A stretch of DNA of 63,867 nucleotides, filler included, from Lama guanicoe (Eukaryota): the NCBI GenBank assembly GCA_013239625.1. It is 204 parts of 204 records of this genome, joined end to end, with 100 filler letters (N's around TTAATTAATTAA, not from the genome) between each part and the next. Parts side by side here need not be neighbours in the genome. Positions count along the whole stretch, not along the records: positions 36,967 to 37,180 come from PNXV01037579.1; positions 37,281 to 37,494 come from PNXV01037580.1; positions 37,595 to 37,808 come from PNXV01037581.1; positions 37,909 to 38,122 come from PNXV01037582.1; positions 38,223 to 38,436 come from PNXV01037583.1; positions 38,537 to 38,750 come from PNXV01037584.1; positions 38,851 to 39,064 come from PNXV01037585.1; positions 39,165 to 39,378 come from PNXV01037586.1; 196 more parts are not named here. One strand, given 5' to 3'. Within the stretch, counting starts at the first letter, position 1, and each line of letters starts with the position of its first letter. Below are positions 36,867 to 49,739 of the stretch, one piece after another. The translations under genes and the position numbers were made by a program. Under the pieces are notes generated by a model, which worked only from the letters and a program-made list of their open reading frames with translations, was not told the DNA's origin and made no database searches.

Positions 36867-39478
36867 NNNNNNNNNNNNNNNNNNNNNNNNNNNNNNNNNN
36901 NNNNNNNNNNTTAATTAATTAANNNNNNNNNNNNNNNNNNNNNNNNNNNNNNNNNNNNNNNNNNNNGCTGGTCCCACTCAAGTGAAAAGGATAAGAAGTG
37001 CACTTTGGGGGAACAGCACGTGGCCCGAGGGGGCTCTGAACCAGCGCTGTATGGCCGACAGCTTTCCCCACGATGGCCGCCACTGCGTGCTTCCTCATGT
37101 TGGCCACGGCACAGACCACATTTGGTTACCGTTTAGCTCTAGACAGATCTGTTCCCCAACCAGATAGAGCTCTCCTGGGGNNNNNNNNNNNNNNNNNNNN
37201 NNNNNNNNNNNNNNNNNNNNNNNNTTAATTAATTAANNNNNNNNNNNNNNNNNNNNNNNNNNNNNNNNNNNNNNNNNNNNAACCCCTCAGCAGTCAAGTG
37301 GGCAAAAGTGAACATGAAAAAATGCAGTATTATTAATGCTATAGAATTATTAAATAATTAGGACTGTAAACCATACAGAAAACATAGGTTACTTTTAAGT
37401 GTGTGTAAGATAGGTCCAATATACAAACACTGGTTAGGAATTAAAACACACACACAAACACAGACACACAGACAACTTTGTAAATAGTCATCAANNNNNN
37501 NNNNNNNNNNNNNNNNNNNNNNNNNNNNNNNNNNNNNNTTAATTAATTAANNNNNNNNNNNNNNNNNNNNNNNNNNNNNNNNNNNNNNNNNNNNTAACCA
37601 CAGTTCTCTAACACATCCTCTCTGTCTCTTGTTTGCCACCAATTCCCACCAGGATTCCCTGCTCTAAATTTGTTCCCTAGGATGTAGGCGCCAGCCCAGG
37701 AGGCTGGAGCCGGGCAATAGCCCACAATGCCCGGGGTCCGTGCTCTCTTGCCTAGCCCAAGCCTGCGCGGTTGGCACGTCCCCCCATGGCTGAGAGCCTG
37801 ATGGTTTTNNNNNNNNNNNNNNNNNNNNNNNNNNNNNNNNNNNNNNNNNNNNTTAATTAATTAANNNNNNNNNNNNNNNNNNNNNNNNNNNNNNNNNNNN
37901 NNNNNNNNTGCTTCTTCATTTTACTTATATCTCTCTGGTACTATGGATTATGGAGTACCAGTTTATCTACTGTGGTCCTGAAGGGGTTTGTTTGTTTATT
38001 TATCTAAAGTGGATGTGGAAATAAAACTACAGAAAAAAAAGAAAGTTTAAAAAAGAAAAAAGGATTGGAAAACACAGTATAATTGATAGCAGAACAAAAC
38101 AAAGAGAAATAAAAATCACACTNNNNNNNNNNNNNNNNNNNNNNNNNNNNNNNNNNNNNNNNNNNNTTAATTAATTAANNNNNNNNNNNNNNNNNNNNNN
38201 NNNNNNNNNNNNNNNNNNNNNNAGCTATGGCTGTATAACCACCCTACCCCATCCCCAAGGTGGGTTCACAGTTTTGTAGGCACTAGCCTGCTGTGAGGCT
38301 GATCTTCCGACAACATACCGAAGATCAAAATCCCTAAATTTCCATTCCAGATGTGGGAGGTATGCTTTCCTGTTTGCTCCATATGGTCTTGTGAGTACCT
38401 GAAAGGCAATTTGCCCTACAGAGAAAATCTAACTCANNNNNNNNNNNNNNNNNNNNNNNNNNNNNNNNNNNNNNNNNNNNTTAATTAATTAANNNNNNNN
38501 NNNNNNNNNNNNNNNNNNNNNNNNNNNNNNNNNNNNCTTTACACTGGTGACTACTGGATTGCAGACCTGGATTAGGGCTGCACTGAGGAGCTTCCTATCC
38601 TGAGTTTTTGTGTTTCTGTCTCTAAAGCTGGTAGCAGCAGGTTAAGCTGCCTCCGTGTTTACGAGTTTTCTTCCGCCCTAACTTGTGTTTTTCTTTCTTT
38701 CTGTAATGAATTCTAATGTACTTACATCTTTCCAGGGATTACGACTGACANNNNNNNNNNNNNNNNNNNNNNNNNNNNNNNNNNNNNNNNNNNNTTAATT
38801 AATTAANNNNNNNNNNNNNNNNNNNNNNNNNNNNNNNNNNNNNNNNNNNNTGCCTGTGCTTTTGGTGTCATCTCCAAGAAATTGTTGCCAAGGCCAAAAT
38901 CATGACGATTTTCCATATGCTTTCTTCTAGGAACTTTACCGTTTCAGGTCTTATGGTTAAGTCTGTAATTCACTTTGAGTTCATTTTTGTGTGTGATGTA
39001 AGATTAGGGTCTAAATTGCACATGGATATATGGTTGTCCCAACATCATTTGTTGAAGAAACGGCNNNNNNNNNNNNNNNNNNNNNNNNNNNNNNNNNNNN
39101 NNNNNNNNTTAATTAATTAANNNNNNNNNNNNNNNNNNNNNNNNNNNNNNNNNNNNNNNNNNNNGTTCCCTACAAGTTAGGTGAAGGCTGGAGTGCATAC
39201 ACATTGGATCCCATAATGGATATGTGAAGAATTCATTCAGGTAGCCTAAAGGGCAATTGTTTCTAACACTTACCCATATTTCTCAGCTTTTTTCCTAGAG
39301 CCAGTTACAAGGTAAAGGCTGTTTAAGCCGGAAAACTGAGTGAGAGTGAGTGCCTCCTCTTATATAGATAGGTAGGACNNNNNNNNNNNNNNNNNNNNNN
39401 NNNNNNNNNNNNNNNNNNNNNNTTAATTAATTAANNNNNNNNNNNNNNNNNNNNNNNNNNNNNNNNNNNNNNNNNNNN

Positions 39479-39550
39479 TCAATCCCTAGTACCTCCTCTA
39501 AAAATAAATAAATAAACCTAATTACCTGCCCCCCCAAAAGATTAAAAAAA
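39479..39550 (+). mobile_element. Vic-1-like SINE, 3' half
   Basis: tcaatccctagtacctcctctaaaaataaataaataaacctaattacctgccccccc plus an A tail; same family as 18236-18367. Confidence 0.8.
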
Positions 39551-41080
39551 AGTCAAGTGAATAATATGCTAAACTATCTTATCCTAAAAACCATGAGCCT
39601 ATGAGGACATTTAGCATCTGTGTCTGAGCAGCTTGTCTTTCAATTACAGATACCTGTATGAAACGTTTGGTTGTGTTTGTAGAAAAGATTAANNNNNNNN
39701 NNNNNNNNNNNNNNNNNNNNNNNNNNNNNNNNNNNNTTAATTAATTAANNNNNNNNNNNNNNNNNNNNNNNNNNNNNNNNNNNNNNNNNNNNGGGGCCCA
39801 GAGGACAGCTGTCATGACCTCCAGGAGCATCAGGACAGGGATGGAGGAACACAAGAGGTAGAAAGGAATGTGAGAGGTCAGTGAGGCCGAGGCAGGGCCC
39901 CTGGAGGGGACCCAGACCCCAGGGCTGGAGTGGAGCTGGGGCGACATCTACACTGACGCCCTACAAGATGCCGAGGGAGGGCTGAAGAGAGGACTGCACA
40001 TCTGGGNNNNNNNNNNNNNNNNNNNNNNNNNNNNNNNNNNNNNNNNNNNNTTAATTAATTAANNNNNNNNNNNNNNNNNNNNNNNNNNNNNNNNNNNNNN
40101 NNNNNNTAATATATTCTGCATTAGAATTCTTTTTCAGAAATGTAGGTTGAAATATAATTTTCCTAACTGTGCATTGACTTTCCACCCTCTTAGGAGTGAT
40201 TTTTAATAAAGACAATTCTAAAGTATACCTTCATGTTCATAAGAAGCCAACTTGAAAGTTTTGTTTGTCTTTTGTCTCTAAGCACTTGAGAAATTCCGTT
40301 GGTGACTTCTGTTGCTCAGGNNNNNNNNNNNNNNNNNNNNNNNNNNNNNNNNNNNNNNNNNNNNTTAATTAATTAANNNNNNNNNNNNNNNNNNNNNNNN
40401 NNNNNNNNNNNNNNNNNNNNTGTTATTTATTTCAGCAGCGAGCCCTGTGATCTACACAGACCATAAAAACAGGAACTTCTGTCTGTGCCGAGGTGTCAGT
40501 GGCAGGGTTGGGACAGAATTCAGGTCATAGCCCAAGAGAAAGCTGGTTCCCTTCTGAATGTGATACTTACCCATTCAGGGTTTAATGTGTATTTCTAAAC
40601 ACTAATATGTGTTTACTGGCTTCAGGTGATTTTTNNNNNNNNNNNNNNNNNNNNNNNNNNNNNNNNNNNNNNNNNNNNTTAATTAATTAANNNNNNNNNN
40701 NNNNNNNNNNNNNNNNNNNNNNNNNNNNNNNNNNCTGGCAACAGATGCAGACATTACATTCAAAAGCATTTCTTTTATAGATAAACATTCTTGGATGTAA
40801 CTTCTATATTATGCATAGAAACATATTTATGCATAAAGTATGATCATAATGTCTGAGCTTATAATTGTCTACTCATTTTGAAATGTATAGTTTAGCTACA
40901 GCCTTCAACAGAAAGCTTTAGGCCTCTATGTTCTTGCTCAAAATTTAANNNNNNNNNNNNNNNNNNNNNNNNNNNNNNNNNNNNNNNNNNNNTTAATTAA
41001 TTAANNNNNNNNNNNNNNNNNNNNNNNNNNNNNNNNNNNNNNNNNNNNTGAGATGTTAGGAAAACAAATTGGGGTTTTTT

Positions 41081-41115
<35 letters not shown>

Positions 41116-41989
41116 TTTATTGGAGTATAGTCCGTTTACAATGTTGTGTCAATTTCTGATGTACAGTACAATGATTCAGTCATACATGAACATACATATA
41201 TTCGTTTTCATGTTCTTTTCACCATAAATTACTACAAGATATTGAATATAGTTCCCTGTGCNNNNNNNNNNNNNNNNNNNNNNNNNNNNNNNNNNNNNNN
41301 NNNNNTTAATTAATTAANNNNNNNNNNNNNNNNNNNNNNNNNNNNNNNNNNNNNNNNNNNNAAAAAAAGATAAAATATAATGATGCCCTTAATTAAATGA
41401 CACTCATAATAAGTGAAACAGATCAGAGAAAGAGAACATGGGAACCACTGGGGAAGACGTCATGAAAAAAATGACATTTAAAATTGTTCTGGAATGATGA
41501 GTAAGATTTAAGTAGCCAAAAAGGAGTGGGAGAAAAAGACATCTATATGGAGACACATCATAAACAAAAGTGTGGNNNNNNNNNNNNNNNNNNNNNNNNN
41601 NNNNNNNNNNNNNNNNNNNTTAATTAATTAANNNNNNNNNNNNNNNNNNNNNNNNNNNNNNNNNNNNNNNNNNNNTTAAAAGTTATAGCAACATAAATGT
41701 ATATAAATATTAAGAAATACAAATAAATCTATAATGAAGTTTATTGGTTTCACCACTACTATTAATATTATTTTCCTTCATTCAACCCCAACAATTTGAC
41801 TATTTCCAAATAATTATTTGGATATTTGTCATGTTTAACATGTTCTTGTAAACTTTTTTTTGTTTCTCTTTGATAAGATCTTCAACTTTNNNNNNNNNNN
41901 NNNNNNNNNNNNNNNNNNNNNNNNNNNNNNNNNTTAATTAATTAANNNNNNNNNNNNNNNNNNNNNNNNNNNNNNNNNNNNNNNNNNNN

Positions 41990-42203
41990 ATCAAACTTAC
42001 AAGCTTTTGCACAGCGAAGGAAACCATAAGCAAAACAAAAAGACAGCCTATAGACTGGCAGAAAATAATTGCAAATGATGCAAATGCTTAAATTCCAGAA
42101 TATACAAAAAGTTCACTGGACTCAACAACAAAAACAAGGCAAATAACCAACTCAGAAAATGGGCAGAAGACCTAAGTAGACATTTCTCCAATGAAGACAT
42201 ACA
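41990..42203 (+). mobile_element. LINE-1 ORF2 fragment; other L1 ORF2 pieces at 9078, 20033, 42304 and 42618
   Basis: Encodes [30 protein letters not shown]...[15 protein letters not shown]. Confidence 0.9.
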
Positions 42204-43245
42204 NNNNNNNNNNNNNNNNNNNNNNNNNNNNNNNNNNNNNNNNNNNNTTAATTAATTAANNNNNNNNNNNNNNNNNNNNNNNNNNNNNNNNNNNNNNNNN
42301 NNNGATGTTTGACAAAGGAGCTGAGAGCATTCAATGGGGAAATAATACTTTTTAAACCTAAGGTGCTAGGACAATTGGATAGTGACATTCAAAATAATCA
42401 ATAGCACCATGTACAAAGTTATCTCTGATTAGATCAAAAGCCTCAATGTGAGTGAAAACTTTAAAATCACTAGGAAAAAATATAGAATTATAGTCATGAT
42501 CTTAGATATGGTAATTGNNNNNNNNNNNNNNNNNNNNNNNNNNNNNNNNNNNNNNNNNNNNTTAATTAATTAANNNNNNNNNNNNNNNNNNNNNNNNNNN
42601 NNNNNNNNNNNNNNNNNTCACTGAAATAGAATTCAGAGTTTAGAAACAAACCTTGACATTTACAGGCAACTGGTTTTCAACAAGAGTGACAAGACAATTC
42701 AATGCAGAAACAAGTCTTTTCAACAAATGTTGCTGATAGAACTGGATATCCACATGCCAAAAAAAGAATTTGGACCCATTTTACATATCATTCACAAAAC
42801 GAACTCAAAAGGAATCACAGGCCTAAATATANNNNNNNNNNNNNNNNNNNNNNNNNNNNNNNNNNNNNNNNNNNNTTAATTAATTAANNNNNNNNNNNNN
42901 NNNNNNNNNNNNNNNNNNNNNNNNNNNNNNNAGAAGAAAAGGCAAAACAGATTGGGACAGGTCCCAGAGGGAGGGAGCAGTTAAGAAGGACTGGCACTCA
43001 TTTTCTAGGTCTCCCCTCTCCAACTGAGAGTTCGGCAGGATGGAGGGGGAACCTTCAAGGTTTGGATCTCTACAGAGTATATGTTGACTGACAGATCTAA
43101 GTTAAACAAGCACAGAGGATCCCTGTGACACCAAGCCCAAGATGCNNNNNNNNNNNNNNNNNNNNNNNNNNNNNNNNNNNNNNNNNNNNTTAATTAATTA
43201 ANNNNNNNNNNNNNNNNNNNNNNNNNNNNNNNNNNNNNNNNNNNN

Positions 43246-43409
43246 TGGATTGGCGAGGGCCCACCCACCTTGCTGAGGGCGATCTTCTTTACTCAGTCTA
43301 CCAGTTTAAGCGCTGATCTCTTCCAGGAGCACCCTCACAGACACACCTAGAAATAACGTTTCACCAGCTAGCTGAGCATCTCTCAGACCAGTCAGGTTGA
43401 CACATCACA
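43246..43409 (-). mobile_element. MLT2 (ERVL LTR) fragment
   Basis: gggcccacccac...tttactcagtctac...caccctcacagacacacctagaaataa...cagtcaggttgacaca. Confidence 0.8.
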
Positions 43410-44815
43410 GCATTGTTCATCTCAGAGCAAAAATAGTCTACATTTGCTTCAAGAATACANNNNNNNNNNNNNNNNNNNNNNNNNNNNNNNNNNNNNNNNN
43501 NNNTTAATTAATTAANNNNNNNNNNNNNNNNNNNNNNNNNNNNNNNNNNNNNNNNNNNNTGAGTATGAAAAGTTCACTATCAATGCAGTCAGATCCTTTT
43601 ATCTTTTTCATATATTTTTTCTTTCTTTTCTTTTCTTTCTTTTGTCCTGGGACCATCGAATTCAAGTTCATTAGATGGGAGGGTGGGGAGAGGGAGATGC
43701 ACTCACCCTCACTCTCCCTAACATAGTGCAAAGTACCCATACCTCTGCTGGTCCAGGTAGGGGTGGGGAGGTGNNNNNNNNNNNNNNNNNNNNNNNNNNN
43801 NNNNNNNNNNNNNNNNNTTAATTAATTAANNNNNNNNNNNNNNNNNNNNNNNNNNNNNNNNNNNNNNNNNNNNACTGTATTTTTTATTTCAAAATGTGTT
43901 GTCTCTCCCATAAATATTCATTTGGTTTGTATATTTTTCATTTTAGAATTTTTAGAATATGTGAGAAATAATCACTTATGAATTTTCTTTTTTTCTATTT
44001 CAGTGAACTACCTACTCAGAATTTTATCTCAATTGCTTTAAAAATTATTCAAAATTACAAAAATATTTAAAACATTATTGCCTTTGANNNNNNNNNNNNN
44101 NNNNNNNNNNNNNNNNNNNNNNNNNNNNNNNTTAATTAATTAANNNNNNNNNNNNNNNNNNNNNNNNNNNNNNNNNNNNNNNNNNNNCAGTGCCTGACAG
44201 AGTATTTACTCACTGAACGTTTACTGAATTTGAGTGAATGATAGTGCTAGTGTGAAATCATTGATGTTTTGATTATCAGTGCATTCCTGATTTCCTTCCT
44301 CCTAACACTCCACTCATGCCCACAGACAACGCCAAAGGGCTCAGGTGGCAGCGCCTGAGTTAACGATGTTTCTGGTCTTGTCTATAGCACTGAGACAGGT
44401 CNNNNNNNNNNNNNNNNNNNNNNNNNNNNNNNNNNNNNNNNNNNNTTAATTAATTAANNNNNNNNNNNNNNNNNNNNNNNNNNNNNNNNNNNNNNNNNNN
44501 NGCCTTTTGGGGAGTTGCCGAAGAGTAAGGAGGGAGGACAGAGCATCTTTTGCCAGATTAGGTTTCAGCTGGGAGCTTGCTCACTGCTAGACTACAAGGT
44601 TACACCCTTTTATCTCTAGGTTCTAGGTCAGTAGAGCACCCAGCAACAAGAGCCTTAGTCAGATGTTGAGCTAGAGCACTGCAAAATGTAATGCCTCGTC
44701 TTCTTCTCTAGAAGCNNNNNNNNNNNNNNNNNNNNNNNNNNNNNNNNNNNNNNNNNNNNTTAATTAATTAANNNNNNNNNNNNNNNNNNNNNNNNNNNNN
44801 NNNNNNNNNNNNNNN

Positions 44816-45029
44816 CTCCTCCACATCCTCCTCCTCCTCCACATCCTCCACCACCTCCTCCTACACCTCCGCATCCTCCTCCTCCTCCGCATCCTCCTCT
44901 TCCTTCGCATCCTCCTCCTCCACCTCCTTCTGCTCCACCTCCTCCTCGTCCACCTCCTCCTCCTCATCCACCTCCTCCTCCTCCTCGTCCACCTCCTCCT
45001 CCTCCACCTCCTCCTCCTCCACCTCCACC
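44816..45029 (-). repeat. Cryptic (GAG/GTG/GAT)n trinucleotide low-complexity tract
   Basis: The whole contig is in-register CCT/CCA triplets; the minus strand reads Glu-rich with one TAG at 44861-44863. Confidence 0.9.
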
Positions 45030-46385
45030 NNNNNNNNNNNNNNNNNNNNNNNNNNNNNNNNNNNNNNNNNNNNTTAATTAATTAANNNNNNNNNNNNNNN
45101 NNNNNNNNNNNNNNNNNNNNNNNNNNNNNGTTCCCTGTGCTATATAGTAGGTCCATGTTGTTTATTTTATATATAGTCGTTTGTATCTGCAAATCCCAAA
45201 CTCCCAATTTATTCCTTCCTCTTCTCGTTTCCCTTCAGTAACCATAGTTTGTTTTCTATGTCTGGGTCTGTTTCTGTTTTGTAAATACGTTCACTTGTAT
45301 CATTTCTTAGATTCCACATATAAGTGATATCACATGGTATTTGNNNNNNNNNNNNNNNNNNNNNNNNNNNNNNNNNNNNNNNNNNNNTTAATTAATTAAN
45401 NNNNNNNNNNNNNNNNNNNNNNNNNNNNNNNNNNNNNNNNNNNTGCCGTTTTTCAAACAAAGAATACATTTTAGACAGAGCGAATTGTGGTCGGTGCTTT
45501 ACACAAGTGGACTGATCTCATCACAGGAAACACTGGCACGGTTTGGGAAAGGTGTAGTTCCAGTGTCCCACTTGCTTGTGGCCTTGCCTTGCACAAAGGC
45601 ACTCTCTTGCTCCTAGTCAGTGCTCCGTGCCCAGCAGGTACTGTTAAGCCTCAGCTTNNNNNNNNNNNNNNNNNNNNNNNNNNNNNNNNNNNNNNNNNNN
45701 NTTAATTAATTAANNNNNNNNNNNNNNNNNNNNNNNNNNNNNNNNNNNNNNNNNNNNCCATTTCCCGCTGCTGCTGCAGCCATCCCAGCACACTGATCGC
45801 ACCGCATCCACCTCCCAGGAGCAGACTGACATGTAACCTGAGTCCCACGAACCTGGGGCTTTAGAGGCCTCCCCCAAGATCAGGCCGTGGGGAAAATGGG
45901 AGCAAATCTAGGGGCTCTCATGGAGCAGCCTCCATTCCATCCGAGGCCCCGCGACCGCACCGCACCCGCCTNNNNNNNNNNNNNNNNNNNNNNNNNNNNN
46001 NNNNNNNNNNNNNNNTTAATTAATTAANNNNNNNNNNNNNNNNNNNNNNNNNNNNNNNNNNNNNNNNNNNNTATTACATGATGTTGAATAAATTCAGCCT
46101 CAATCCACCTGATGATCTCCTTGGCTTCAAGTATTAATGACTCTTGTCCTTAGATTTTGGAGGTAGACAGCATCCTATTGCCAAGGACCATTCCCATAAA
46201 TGAATAATTGTAATATACACAAATGTGATAAATACAGGCCAGAGGTTCGTTTCTGTGGGCTGTTTTGCTGGACCCTGACTGAGTANNNNNNNNNNNNNNN
46301 NNNNNNNNNNNNNNNNNNNNNNNNNNNNNTTAATTAATTAANNNNNNNNNNNNNNNNNNNNNNNNNNNNNNNNNNNNNNNNNNNN

Positions 46386-46599
46386 CCTAAAGGCAGCAAG
46401 AGAACAGCTAAGAGTGAGTTACAAGGGAATCCCCTAAGAGTCCCAGCTGATATCACTACACAAATACTTCAGGCCAGAAGGTAGTTGCAACATATATTCA
46501 TAGTGCTGCATGAAAAAATTACATACCTTAGGATACCTTAACCAGCAAGACTATTATTTATGGTAGAAGTAGACATAAAGGATTTCACAGAAAAGAAAA
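46386..46599 (+). mobile_element. LINE-1 ORF1 fragment
   Basis: Encodes LKAAREQLRVSYKGIP.R..ADI...LQARR...IF.VL, the L1 ORF1 C-terminal motif. Confidence 0.8.
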
Positions 46600-48583
46600 N
46601 NNNNNNNNNNNNNNNNNNNNNNNNNNNNNNNNNNNNNNNNNNNTTAATTAATTAANNNNNNNNNNNNNNNNNNNNNNNNNNNNNNNNNNNNNNNNNNNNC
46701 TTATGCACTAAGACATGTGAAATTTCATTTCACTGGTGTAGAAAGTAATTATTCCACTTTTAAGTTATTTGGTAAGTTTTGAAATTACAAATTATATGTT
46801 AAATGTTATTATATATAAATATATTCTCACTATTCTGATTTTTTTCCTTACACAGATTCCATGCAATATAAAAAATACGCCATCAAGTAATGTAGTGATT
46901 TTGAAGCTCTCAANNNNNNNNNNNNNNNNNNNNNNNNNNNNNNNNNNNNNNNNNNNNTTAATTAATTAANNNNNNNNNNNNNNNNNNNNNNNNNNNNNNN
47001 NNNNNNNNNNNNNAAAGGAGTTACCTTGACAACATTCAACTTAAATCACATCTTGATCTATATTATGAACACAAAATAACCCTTTCTGCATTAAAAGTGA
47101 CAATAAGAGTCTGATTTATAATCCTAAAGCAAAGAAATTCGGAGTTAAATAAATCAAATGACTTAGCATGTGTCCCTAGATTTTTCGCAAGGGTGTGAAA
47201 TCTATGAGGAAAAAAGAATAAATGCTGNNNNNNNNNNNNNNNNNNNNNNNNNNNNNNNNNNNNNNNNNNNNTTAATTAATTAANNNNNNNNNNNNNNNNN
47301 NNNNNNNNNNNNNNNNNNNNNNNNNNNAGTGCTGGGGTGATTCGGATGCATCTGGTGAAGCAGTTGAAGGCATTACCGAGCAGGCAGGGATGTATTTTGG
47401 GGATAGACGATCCTTCTGACCTGCCCCAAACCACTGAAAATGATCAGAAGCAAAGCCTATCAAACAAGAGGTATATTTCTTGAAATTTCCTTTGAGGCCA
47501 ATGTTAACCTTTGTGTTATTCCTTAATTCTTACGTGGCCATNNNNNNNNNNNNNNNNNNNNNNNNNNNNNNNNNNNNNNNNNNNNTTAATTAATTAANNN
47601 NNNNNNNNNNNNNNNNNNNNNNNNNNNNNNNNNNNNNNNNNTTCTTTTGGAAAAATATTTATTCAGGTCCTTTGCTTATTTTTTTAAAAAATTAAATTAT
47701 TTACTTTTTAAATTCAATTTCATGGGTTTCACTTTTAGTTTTGTGCATACATGTGATTGCTTCTTAATTATACATGGTTTACAAATAGTTTGGTTAAAAA
47801 AATTTGCAAATATTTTCTCCCCAAACCATAGGTTTCCTTTTCATTTTGCTGATTGNNNNNNNNNNNNNNNNNNNNNNNNNNNNNNNNNNNNNNNNNNNNT
47901 TAATTAATTAANNNNNNNNNNNNNNNNNNNNNNNNNNNNNNNNNNNNNNNNNNNNGTACCATGGAAGAGCTCAGTGTTCTCTCCAATCTTTTCTCACCTC
48001 CCCTAGCAAAAGTAATGACTATGCTGGACCTGGCAAATAAAATCCCCATGCATACTTTATTACATATAAAATGTTTATGTGTTTCATTAAACAATATGTG
48101 GTACTGTTTCTGTGTTATGTAAGTGGTATCATGCTGGATACACGGTTTTTTAAATTGATTTTTTTTTTTNNNNNNNNNNNNNNNNNNNNNNNNNNNNNNN
48201 NNNNNNNNNNNNNTTAATTAATTAANNNNNNNNNNNNNNNNNNNNNNNNNNNNNNNNNNNNNNNNNNNNAACCAACTAAAATATTTTGTGGTGCTTTGAT
48301 TTTAATAAAATTTCACTTTTAAGTTTATGCAAACAAATATTCTGAACAAGTATTAAATGTGATGGGGAGGCGACTAACCTTACTGTTACTAGAATATAGT
48401 GGAAAGCCTTAAAATTTATATAGCCGAACATATGTGAAATTATATAAAAATATGATTAAACCAGCATAGAACTGTAAAGAATGNNNNNNNNNNNNNNNNN
48501 NNNNNNNNNNNNNNNNNNNNNNNNNNNTTAATTAATTAANNNNNNNNNNNNNNNNNNNNNNNNNNNNNNNNNNNNNNNNNNNN

Positions 48584-48797
48584 CATCAACATAGGTTGAT
48601 AAAGCAGCAGCAGGGTTTGAGAGGACTGATCCCAATTCTGAAAGTCCAACTCTAGGTAGAATGCTATCAAACAGCCTCACACGCGACAGACAAATTACTT
48701 GTGAAAAGAAGAGTCAACTGATGTGGCAAACTGTATTTTTATCTTATATTAAGAAATTGCCACAGCCACCCCAGCCTTCTGCCACTCCACCCTGATC
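48584..48797 (+). mobile_element. Tigger1 (pogo/TcMar) transposase 3' fragment
   Basis: gttgataaagcagcagcagggtttgagagg...aatgctatcaaacagc...aagaaattgccacagccacccc matches recalled Tigger1. Confidence 0.88.
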
Positions 48798-48898
48798 NNN
48801 NNNNNNNNNNNNNNNNNNNNNNNNNNNNNNNNNNNNNNNNNTTAATTAATTAANNNNNNNNNNNNNNNNNNNNNNNNNNNNNNNNNNNNNNNNNNNNG

Positions 48899-49111
48899 AG
48901 CAGAAAACAAGTTCATTTAAAAGAGAATGATCCTCAGAATGGTGACGCCTCAACACACCAAGAGCAAGAAGAGTCTAAAACCATCTCCAGTGTTTTGGGC
49001 CAGGATGACCTTACCCCAGGGAGATATTGCTGGGAGGTAGAAGTGAGTATGAAGACAGAAGTTGGATCTGGAACTAGATGTGCTCTGGGTGTTTGTGCAG
49101 TTACAGCAAAA
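48899..49111 (+). CDS. B30.2/PRY-SPRY domain fragment (butyrophilin-like or TRIM); divergent or pseudogenic
   Basis: Open frame ...SVLGQDDLTPGRYCWEVEVSMKTEVGSGTRCALGVC against the consensus VLGxxxFxSGRHYWEVEV...WALGVC. Confidence 0.75.
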
Positions 49112-49211
49112 NNNNNNNNNNNNNNNNNNNNNNNNNNNNNNNNNNNNNNNNNNNNTTAATTAATTAANNNNNNNNNNNNNNNNNNNNNNNNNNNNNNNNN
49201 NNNNNNNNNNN

Positions 49212-49739
49212 TCTCTTGGTAGTCGTGTTTTGCATGCATAAAGAAGTGCTATGCACCTAGTAGATGTTTCATAAAAACATTTTTGAATAAACTAAGATTG
49301 AGCAGAAGATAAGAGTGATAAAATCTGAGAACATAGGGGGAAAGTAGAAGAGGAGAGAACAATAGCATGAAAAAAAACAGAAATTTGTAAGAATGAACAA
49401 ATAAGGAAGTTCTCCTTGTATCCAANNNNNNNNNNNNNNNNNNNNNNNNNNNNNNNNNNNNNNNNNNNNTTAATTAATTAANNNNNNNNNNNNNNNNNNN
49501 NNNNNNNNNNNNNNNNNNNNNNNNNTCTCTTGGTAGTCGTGTTTTGCATGCATAAAGAAGTGCTATGCACCTAGCAGATGTTTCATAAAAACATTTTTGA
49601 ATAAACCAAGATTGAGCAGAAGATAAGAGTGATAAAATCTGAGAACATAGCAGGAAAGTAGAAGAGGAGAGAACAATAGCATGAAAAAATACAGAAATTT
49701 GTAAGAATGAACAAATAAGGAAGTTCTCCTTGTATCCAA
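49212..49739. repeat. Near-identical contig pair 49212-49425 / 49526-49739
   Basis: 5 substitutions, with 49-nt identical flanks. Confidence 0.97.

Noticed and set aside
40564..40572. U1 snRNA 5' end (ATACTTACC)
   Set aside because: The match stops after 9 nt; at most it is a minus-strand donor-like motif with no open upstream frame.
44764..44967. Protamine-like Arg-rich ORF (MRRRRWTRRR...)
   Set aside because: It is an alternative reading of a GGA/GAG triplet repeat.
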